Source: Octopus bimaculoides
Lineage: Eukaryota
Assembly (NCBI RefSeq): GCF_001194135.2
Contig: NC_068994.1
Location: 39,861,446 to 39,925,445 of the forward strand
Direction: 5' to 3'
Length of the DNA stretch: 64,000 nucleotides
In this document: positions 51,907-61,920 of the stretch, in pieces
Position numbering within the stretch: the first letter of the stretch is position 1
Layout: the number at the start of each line of letters is the position of its first letter
Made by a program: the position numbers and the translations under genes
Notes under the pieces: generated by a model
Seen by the model: only the letters and a program-made list of their open reading frames with translations
Database searches by the model: none
Told to the model about the DNA's origin: nothing

Positions 51907-53048
51907 CATCATTCTGGTAGAATTGTTAGCACACCTAGCAAAAATGCTTAGTGGTATTTAATCCATCTTCACATTCTGAGTTCAAATTCTGCTGAGTCTG
52001 ACTTTGCCTTTCATCCTTTTGGTGTGTGTGGGGGGGGGCGATAAATTTATACACTGGGGTTGATCTAATCGACTGGTTCCCTCCCCACAAAAATTTCAGG
52101 CCTTGTGCTTACAGTATAACGGATTATCATCATCATATCATCATTGTTGTTGTTGTTGTTGTTGTTATTATTAAGCAAATAACAGCAGCAGGAGAAATAT
52201 TATTCTGTTGTTTCAATCATTAATCAGAGTCTTCCAGAATTTATATATTCTATTATAATCTTGAAATTTCAGCAGCCAGTTTTATAGATTTTGGTTGGAT
52301 ACATAAGAATTGCAATAAACGATATCTTTTAGAGTGAATGTGTTAATAATTTAGATATTATCATGATCTTTTATGCGAAAATACAGAAATAATTTATTAG
52401 GAGGTAGAAAAGTGTAGAAACAATCATTTGTATATTTTGTTATTTAATTTTCAACACATGAATACTGTGTAACTTGATAAAATGAAATTATTTCCAATAT
52501 TTTCATTTTTTTTATTTATTAGATGCAACTTGGAATTGAATTATGTAAGTTTCTTGATGTAAACAAATTCAAATTTGCAATATTTTATATATGTATTTCT
52601 AGCTCAGTAGGAACTAACTTTGGAATACCTTAAGCTTTGAAAAGCTATTAGAATTATACTACAAATAAATGTAGGCTAGTGCAGGTGCTTTTCTTCAAAC
52701 TTACCATATTTAGAATAGCACAGATGTCAATTGTTGACAACACCAACCAAAAATAGACGTCAACCATCCTTTTGTATACTTCTGTGAAACATTGTGCAGA
52801 AACCAATCCTATGCATTTGGATGGAAAAGATGTTAAATATCAACCTTGTCATTTCATCTCATCGCATCTCTTTCTTCACAATTTTCTCTCTCTTTCACTC
52901 ACTCTCTCTCTCTCTCTCTCTCTCACTATATATATATTTATTTATATATATATATTTATTTCCTTCTCTCACACTCTTTCCCTCGTTTTCTCACATATGC
53001 ACATAATGCATAATAAAAGAGAAAATAAAATAAATCTTTGTTGTTTCT

Positions 53049-53173
53049 GTTGTTATTATTATCGTCGTCGTCGTCGTCGTCGTCGTCATCGTCATCGTCA
53101 TCATCATCATCATCATTATTATTATTATCATCAACATCATCATTATTATTATTATTATTATCATTATTATTAT
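53049..53173. repeat. Compound trinucleotide microsatellite (TAT)(CGT)8(CAT)n(TAT)n
   Basis: Read directly from the sequence. Confidence 0.95.
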
Positions 53174-54606
53174 ATTTTCTTTATAGTGCATCAGTGCTGT
53201 ATTGCAGTGTGTATGGAAACCATTTTCTATATGAATTTGTATTAAACACTGAATTAATAAGGTTTTTGGTATTTCTGACATTTGGAAAGGTATTAACACC
53301 TTTGCAAACATTTTTATTAACCTTTATTTGCTGTGTAATACTATTATCCTATTTTATCAGATTTGTTGATTTGGAGAAAGTAGTAGTAGTAGTAGTAGTG
53401 GTGGTGACAGCAATGGGGCTTTTGGTAGTGGCGATAATTGTCATAGAGGATAGAGGTAGCAGTAGTGGCAGTGATGTTTGTATCAGCAGCTATGATAATG
53501 ACAGTGGTGCTTTGTGTGTTTAAGTTTTGAGATATCTTTAGTCAATGCATGCATGTAAGAGTGGGCTTTTCAGCTTTCTTTTTTTTTTACTAACATTATT
53601 ATATCGATGACATTTGAAAAATTATGATAATATTCTTTTTCAGTTTTATTTTATTTTTTTTGTTTTTTTTTTTGTGTATTTTCGCAAAATTTTCACTTCT
53701 GAAATCATGAGCTGAAACAAATATAGTATTTTGAGAAAACTATGTTTGCCATTAATTAATCACAAATTCTGTCGATTAGTCACTTCTTTATTCATTAATT
53801 ATTTGTTTGTAGGATTCAGTAACTCCCTCACACTCCTGTGATAGCGAATTTTCAATGCCTCTCTTCTAACATGTTAGGTAGGATACAGAGGTAGTGCTTT
53901 GCTGCACCATATAATATGATTATAAATTTTCAAACTATTAACTCCATCATTAAAACTAATGCATTTTTAATTTTTACATCTACACAACAGTCATGGTTTT
54001 GCGGTTAAGAATTTCACTTTGTAACTACATCATTTCAGAGTTTATCCCACTGCATTGCACTTTCGAAAGTTATTTTCACTATAGCCTCAGTTTCACCAAT
54101 GCATTGCACATGAAATTTAGAAGAGAGAATCACACAAAAGACTGTTGTGTTTTGTATGTGTGACTCTGAAGTGACCGTCATAAGGGCCAAAAGTCATTTA
54201 AGACTAAATTGTTTTTTCAATCTGTTGTTAAACAGCTAAATTTCTCATGTTTATATATCTATCACATATATCACATATGTGTTTATATATATCATATAAT
54301 ACCTAAGTACTAAGTCAACTGGCCACTGATACCAAATACAATATTTAACTCTTATTAGTACCAGTTCTCTGATGCTAAAATATGATGTGTATATAAACAT
54401 ATTGGCTACTTGCTTCTCTGGTATTGGTCAGGTAATTTCAACACCTGTGATGAAACCTCAATAAGGATTACAAACTGACGAAGGCATATATATGCATAGA
54501 TATATATGTGTGTGTGTCTGAGTGTATCCACATGGCTTTATACATACATACATATATACATACATACACACATACATACATACATACATACATACATACA
54601 TACTTA

Positions 54607-55844
54607 ACAGGTCATTAAGAATGAAAAGTTTGATTTTCTAATGAACCAAGTTTGACAGTCATTAGATCTAAGCTTTTATCCTGAAAATTCTTTGTTTTAC
54701 AACATTGAAGAGTTACATCATCACTTTTTGAAATGCAATTTATAGTGTCTGATTATATTGTGAACCTATGGATAGATCAAAAATTCGTGTTGTTTATGAA
54801 TATGAGTTCCATTGTGGAACCAATGCATCCCAGACAGCTCGAAACACCAATGAGGTGTTTGGTGAAGATGTGGTAAAGGAGCAAACTGTACGTCAATGGT
54901 TTGAGAAGTTCCCGTCTGGTGACTTTAATCTTGAAAATCAGCCCCATGGTAGACCTGAGACCAAGGTGGATAATGATAAGGTGGAAACTGTAGTAGAAGT
55001 AGATACATCTCAAACTATGCATGAGTTAGAGGCAAGGTTGGATGTTTTGATTCCAACTGTATTGGACCATCTGAAACAAATCAGCAACATAAAGAATCTG
55101 GACAAGTGGGTTCCACACAAACTGAATGAGCATCAACTGACATGTCATCTTGAAACTTGCTGTTCTTTGCTGCCACGGCATAAAAGTGAACCATTTTTGT
55201 CTCATATTGTTACGTTTGATGAAAAATGGGCTCTTTTCAACAATAGCAAGGATTCTGCATGGTGGTTGGATAGAGACAAAGTGCTAAAACACAATCCAAA
55301 ACAGAATATTCACCAAAAGAAGCTAATGGTGTCTCTTTGGTGGTCCAGCGCTGGTGTCATCCACAACAGCTTCATGAAACCTGGTAAGTCAATTACAGTG
55401 GATGTATACATCAACCAGTTGGATGAAATGATGAGTGAACTTGCAATTAAACAACCGAGATTGGTCATTAGAGACAAGCCAATTCTCTTGCAAGACAATG
55501 CTCAACCATGTTGCACAAAGAACGCTACTCAAATTACAGGAGCTGAATTTGGAAGTACTCTGTCATCCACTACATTCACCAGACTTTGCACCAACTGACT
55601 ATCATGTTTTCCAGGCATTAGACAACATTTTGCAAGGAAAAAATTTCAAATCTGAAGAAGATGCAAAAACAGCCTTTCATGATTTTATCCCTTCTTGCTC
55701 TCCAGAAAAATAAGATATCAACAAAATGGCAAAATTGTGTTGATAATTTAGGTGCAAACTTTGATTAACTGCATTGCTTTTTGTTGAGATAGAGTAAAAT
55801 ATACTTTAAGTTCAAAATTGGACATTTCATTCTTAATGACCTGA
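54607..55844 (+). mobile_element. Mariner (DD34D) DNA transposon, near full length, with frameshifted transposase
   Basis: TIRs (A/T)CAGGTCATTAAGAATGAAA at both ends, flanked by TA (54605-6 and 55845-6). ORF 54768-55598 has an HTH N-terminus, WVPHKL, VTFDEKW and LLQDNA. A frameshift near 55510 continues in a second frame as HSPDFAPTDYH. The C-terminal WQNCVDNLGANFD lies after a further lesion. Confidence 0.95.
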
Positions 55845-55913
55845 TATANNNNNNNNNNNNNNNNNNNNNNNNNNNNNNNNNNNNNNNNNNNNNNNNNNNN
55901 NNNNNNNNNNNNN

Positions 55914-55946
<33 letters not shown>

Positions 55947-58900
55947 GTATAGGAGTCACCAACAGTACACAACATGAAATACGAAAACAAATGAGTTAAA
56001 TATACAAACAACGAGAGAAACAAATGGAAAACTGGACAAGTAGCAAAAAGAATGATGCTTCATCAGTAATCGGCTGGCTATCTACTTCTCATTTCAAGCA
56101 ATGAGTGACAATATGAGTCTTCGAAGACAGTTGCTCTCATAAGTACCAAAATAAAATTTAGGATTTATGGAGGGTCAAAGTTGGGAATGAAAACAGGATA
56201 GTGGAGGCTTACAAGGAAACTGAATGAAAACAAACATGGAGGGTTGTTAGACCAGGATGAGGGTAAAATAGCGAAAGCTGAAGAAATATTTTCTTTGACA
56301 AGAGAAAAGATAGAAGAGAGACATAGGGTATGTTCAGTCCTAAAAGAAAAGAAAGATGATCATGTGAGGAAAAGAAAGATGGACGATGATTTTGTGTGAG
56401 CAACAAGAGAGAGAGAAAGGGAGAAAGAAGGGGAGAAAGAGACAGAAAACAGTGAAGGGGAGAAAAAGGGAATTAGAGAAACAATGGGGGAGAAAACAGT
56501 ATAGAGTAGAGTCGCATCAAAAAAATTAAGAGGGTGACTGAGTGAGAGAGGGAGGGAGATGTGTACTAATTTGGTAATATTTTCTCTCATTTAGGTAGAC
56601 TAGAAATTAAGGTGGAAAAGGTTAATCAATTATATCAAGCCTAGTACTTGATCTGTGATTTATTTTATGAAACACAAGAAGGATTAGAAGAAACAAAGTG
56701 GAACTCAGCAGGATTTGAACTCAGAATATAAAATGTTTAAATCTTTCTGAGGTCAACCTTGCCTTTCACCTTCCCAGAGTTTAATAAATTAAAGAGCAAA
56801 TCCTGGGGCCAGTGGTAGAGATTGACCACTTCCACCTAAATTTCTGCCTCTCTGCCTATGTGAGAAATTGTTGTTGCTGTAGTCGACGATGATGGTGATG
56901 ATGATGATGATGATGATTATGAGGAGGAGAAGGAGAAGGATGATGATGATGATGTTGTTGCTGCTGCTGTTATTGTTATTGTAATTATTTCAGTTTTCAC
57001 AAATATTTCTCTTATACTAAAGATAGTCTGCATTTTGCCTTTTATACATAAAACATAATAAATTGTCAAAGCTGTAAAATCATTGTATTCAATGATTTTA
57101 TAGAAAACTGGAATTAGAAAGTAGTAAATTTCTAAAACATTCATCACGATATCAACTCTATTTAAAGTAACAGTCTTTATTTTTTTAAATCCTTTTGTCA
57201 GAAATAGAATAGCTGTTATACAGATAACACGTTTTAAAGACATGTACCCTAATTTCAATTGAAACCGTCATCTGAGACAAAAAGTTATCTTTAAAAGGCA
57301 TGCATCTGCTTTATAAAATAGATTATTAGATTAGAACTAAAGAGAATAGGGAGGTAGTGCAGCTTTAGTATGGCATATTTAAAATTCAGAGAGCTTAAAA
57401 GAATTTTTACTCAACAACGAAGATTTAAAATTCAGTGTATTTAATAATTAGAAAGCCCGCCTTCTAATTAAGGAAAAATGGAAAACAAAAGTCATTGATT
57501 TAATGGATAAAAGAAGAATTTAAAATTGCTTCAAAATTGACAATTATTAAATGGACACAAACAAAAACAATAAAAATCAAGATTTACAATTTAAGAAAAT
57601 GCATTTTCCGGAAAGGATTTTTAATAGGAATGAAAGAGGATTTTTATTATTGAAAATGGAAATGAAATTTAAAAAAGAAAAACATAAAAAAACTGAAATG
57701 CTAAAGCATTCTGAAAATTTAATTGTAAACAACTACATTACACAGAATAGAATGAACATTTCAGACATGTAATTTCAGCAACAGTAATAAATTTCAATTT
57801 TATACTTCTAAATTATTGATTCTTGAAACTTTGCACAAGTTTAAGTTACATTGAGTTGCTTCTTTTAAAAATATTTCTTAAAAAAATAAAGCTGTAATAT
57901 ATATATATATCTTAAAATTCAACAATATTTTGACTACAAGGGAAAACATATTTCAGACATTGTATTCAGTTGTTCATTTATTTAATGTTCATTTTCCCGA
58001 GGTAGCATGGCTTGAATGAGAATTGATTTTGAGGTTGGATTTTACAGCAGGATGTTCTTTCTGTCGTCAACTCTCACCTGCTACTTGCTTTACAAGTAAG
58101 GGATCTTTATATTCTACAGGATTGTAAAAGTGAAATACAACCAATCATAAGATCAACATCACACTGTTTTACTGAAGCAGACAAATGAAGTATGAACATC
58201 AAGGTACATATGCACACACATGCATGCATGCACGCACACACACACACACACACATGCATGCACAACAGTTATGATACTGTTTCTATCCACCAGGCTCATT
58301 CACAGGTCATCAGTGAAACTGGAGCAATTGTAGAAAGCTTGTATCTAATGTACCATGCTGAGGGGCTGAATCCAAACTGTTTGGCCACAAAGTTAACTTC
58401 TTAACCCCACAGCCATACCTTTGCTTATAAGCTATTCTTGTAATTATAGCCATACCTAAGAAAATCATATTGCTCAAAAGAACAATTCATTCACAAATTT
58501 TAATTATTTTTTTTCTTCTAATGATATTGAGTAATCTATTTTATTTTAATGATATTGTATACTCTATTGTTGAATTATACTATTATTATTATATTGCTAT
58601 TGCTAATGTTGTGAATTGGCAGAGTCATTAGAGCATCTAGTTGAACGAGTCACTGTATATCTTCCAGTTTTTTTACCTTCTCAGTCCGTCTTTTATTGAG
58701 GTCATTTTTGAATTTCATCGTTCTGGGGTCAATAAAATAATGCACCAGACCAGTACTGAGGCCAATGGTATCATCATACAACATTCCTTCAGAATTGCTG
58801 GTTTTGTGCTTAAATCAGAAACAATCATAACTATTTATTGGCTGAATCTTGGGAACAGTGTTGTGTCAGTACCTTTCAAAGGCCTCTCATGACTGGTGAG

Positions 58901-59115
58901 ATGGATTCACTTGATGTACTTAATGTTTCTCTTAAGCAGCTGTAAGTCGATGGTTGTAGGAAAAATAATAATATGCAGAGAGGGAATTCCAGAGATCCCC
59001 ATTTTATAAGTCATTCATAATTTACTGGGCTTGATATAATTGACAAGACCCCTCAAATTTCTGGACACATGCCCTAGAAAGTTAGCAAATTGACAGAGTT
59101 GCTAGAGTGTCAGGT

Positions 59116-59335
59116 AAAGTGGTTTTTGTTGCTTTATATCATTAATCTAAGTCCACGATTCTTAGGCTGAGGGGAAGTGTACATTTGGAGGCGTTGTGAG
59201 CTCAAGGAAAGGAAGTAAATATCAAATGGGTGCTATGAGGTACTGGATATTTTGAAGGGTCCTAATATTTTTTTAAAATGTATTTAAACCAGATACAATA
59301 CTTATATTTTAAAAATATTTTTCACAAATATTCTT
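59116..59335 (+). repeat. Direct repeat copy 1 of about 210-220 bp (copy 2 at 60154-60358)
   Basis: AAAGTGGTTTTTGTTGCTTTATATCA...GGGTGCTATGAGGTACTGG...TTTTCACAAA.ATTCTT is present twice, about 1.04 kb apart, with high identity and one ~15-nt indel. Confidence 0.9.
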
Positions 59336-59361
59336 AACAGTATTCATTCCAGCTTTTTGTG

Positions 59362-59682
59362 AATGCACATCACATAATAGTTAGGGTATTCAGTTCATGG
59401 TCATAAGATCATGAGTTCAATCCTCAGTAGCATGTTGCATCCTCAAACAAAACACTCCATTTCATGTTGCTCCAGTCCATTCAGTTGACAAAAATGAGTT
59501 GCACCTGTAATTCAAAAATCCAGACGTGTCACATTTTGCATCATGCTGAATCTCCCTGACAACTATATTAAGGGTATGTGTGTCTGTGGAGTGCTCAGCC
59601 ACTTCTACATAAATTTCACAAGCAAACTGTTCTATTGATTGAATCAACTGGAACCCTCGTCATTATAACCAATGGAGTGCGA
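59362..59682 (+). mobile_element. CORE-like SINE with a different 3' body
   Basis: GAGTTCAATCC B-box and CATTTCATGTTGCTCCAGTCCATTCAGTTG..AAATGAG core-like segment. Confidence 0.55.
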
Positions 59683-60153
59683 AGCCAGTTCTTTACATTC
59701 CCAATTCAAATCTTGCTGAGATGAATTTCACTTTTTATCCTTATGAGGTTACTAAAGTTAAGTACCAGTTAAGTACTGGGTTGAATAAACTGACTAGACT
59801 ATGCTCATCCCCTCAAAACTACCAGCCTCCTGCCTAAATTAGAAATAATAATTAAGGACAGGGGCTTATCACAATCATTAGAATGTCAAACAAGATGCCT
59901 TGTGCTCATCAACCTTGAGAATGGGAATATTTCTTTATTCAATAGTGAAGATTTAAAAAGAAATATTTGAATATATATTGATGTGTAAAATTATACCAGC
60001 AAGTGATAGGATAGGAATTTTGCAGATTTCAGTTGTCTGCTTGCAAGCATCATTATAATAATGATAAAAAAAGTTATATCACTTCTTTCAAAGCAAAGTG
60101 AATAAATTCAAGTTATGTTTATTATCACTCATATAAAAATGACAGGTGACACG

Positions 60154-60358
60154 AAAGTGGTTTTTGTTGCTTTATATCATCAATCTAAGTCCACGAAGTG
60201 TACATCTGGAGGCATTGTGAGCTCAAGGAAGAAAAACAAATATCAAGTGGGTGCTATGAGGTACTGGGTATTTTGAAGGGTCCTAATATATTTAAAAAAT
60301 GTATTTAAACCAGATGCAATACTTATATTTTTAAAATATTTTTCACAAAAATATTCTT
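60154..60358 (+). repeat. Direct repeat copy 2
   Basis: Matches 59116-59335. Confidence 0.9.
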
Positions 60359-61920
60359 TGTTGGGTTTAAAATGTGAGTTGGACATAGTTTTATCAGTAA
60401 GCATAAATATGGCTGGTGATAGACCAGAGGTCAAAAGTAGCTTGTGTTTGATTAAAACATTAAAATAATTTGATAGTCTGATGGGGGATTTTTTAATTTT
60501 ATTTCAGTAAGGGCATTTGTAAAATGCCATTCAGAAAAAGGAGGTATTGAACTTTAAATGTATGTGAACCACTGCCCTAAAGAAATAATAATCTAAATAA
60601 CAGGGACATCATCATCGTCGTCATCGTCATTTAACGTCTACTTTTCATGCTGGCATGGATTAGACAGTTTGACCGGAACTGGTAAACCAGAGAGCTGAAC
60701 CAGGTTCCAGTTTGATTAGGCATGGTTTCTATGGTTGGATGCCCTTCCTAATCCCAACCATTCCAAGAGCGTAATCATAGGCATGAAAAAAATTCATAAG
60801 TTTGTGTTAATACATTTAATTCAGGGAGCCTATGATTTGCAGATGAGATCATGAAAAAAGCTGAAGCACGTCCAAATAATTAGCTTAACAAGTATTCTTT
60901 ATGGTTTAATCAGAGGAAGAATAGGGGATCTATGGCTGTTTCTAGGTCCTCTGACACCGGCAAGAAGAAGGGAATAAGTTACCTTCAGATTGGAACCAAC
61001 TGCATTGAATATGTTGAACTAGAATAATAATCTAACACTAAATTCCATTTGCAAAGTTTATGATTTTAAGTATTACTGCACAAACACAGCCCCACAGATG
61101 TGCTCAAAGATATACAACAATCCACTCAGGAATGCATGCACAAAACCATTTGATACAAACAGTATGTATTTATAGACCAGTTCTTGCAAAAGTAATTATT
61201 TTTTAATGAATTTAACTTGAGAAACATGTGCTCTGTTAAACAATATCAGTTATCATGAATAACAATATTTCTTAAATTTAAAAATTGTGTACATACACAA
61301 ATGGTTTGTTTATAATGCTTTAAATACTTTCAGTTTTGAACAATATTTATACACACACATGCATATTTTAGTCATCTATCTATAAATATATACATATATA
61401 TATAGACATACACACACATATACACAAATATATATATATACAGATACATACATATGGACATAAAATTAATAACCATTATTATTACATTATTACTAATAGT
61501 TTACTAATTTACAGATGTTGAATGTGTCTGTGTCTGTGTCTAAGTGCACGTGTGTGTGTGAGTGTGTATAAGTATGTGCATGTGCACATGCGCATGTGTG
61601 TAGCATCAGTAAATTAGCAAAATTATAGTAATAATTATTGAGGAATAATTTTAAGAAATTTTAAAATAAATTATTACTAATCTTTTAACACAAATATCAT
61701 TCAATATACTGAAATGCAGACTTTAATTAATTAAAAATCACAAGAAGGAAAGAAAACGATACACTTAAGTATATAAGCTACAACTAAAATATATGATATA
61801 ATATTTAGTTTGTTATTGTTTTAAAAGACATATTAGCAGGAATTACAACCAATTACTTATTCAAACATTATTAAAGTATAGATATCAGAAACGATGTTAC
61901 AGCTATGAAATTAATAAAAT

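Noticed and set aside
53038-53523. 161-aa poly-S/L/V ORF and overlapping poly-R/H/Y ORF
   Set aside because: Trinucleotide microsatellite read-through.
57551-57772. 73-aa K/N-rich ORF
   Set aside because: A-rich low-complexity strand bias with no domain or splice support.
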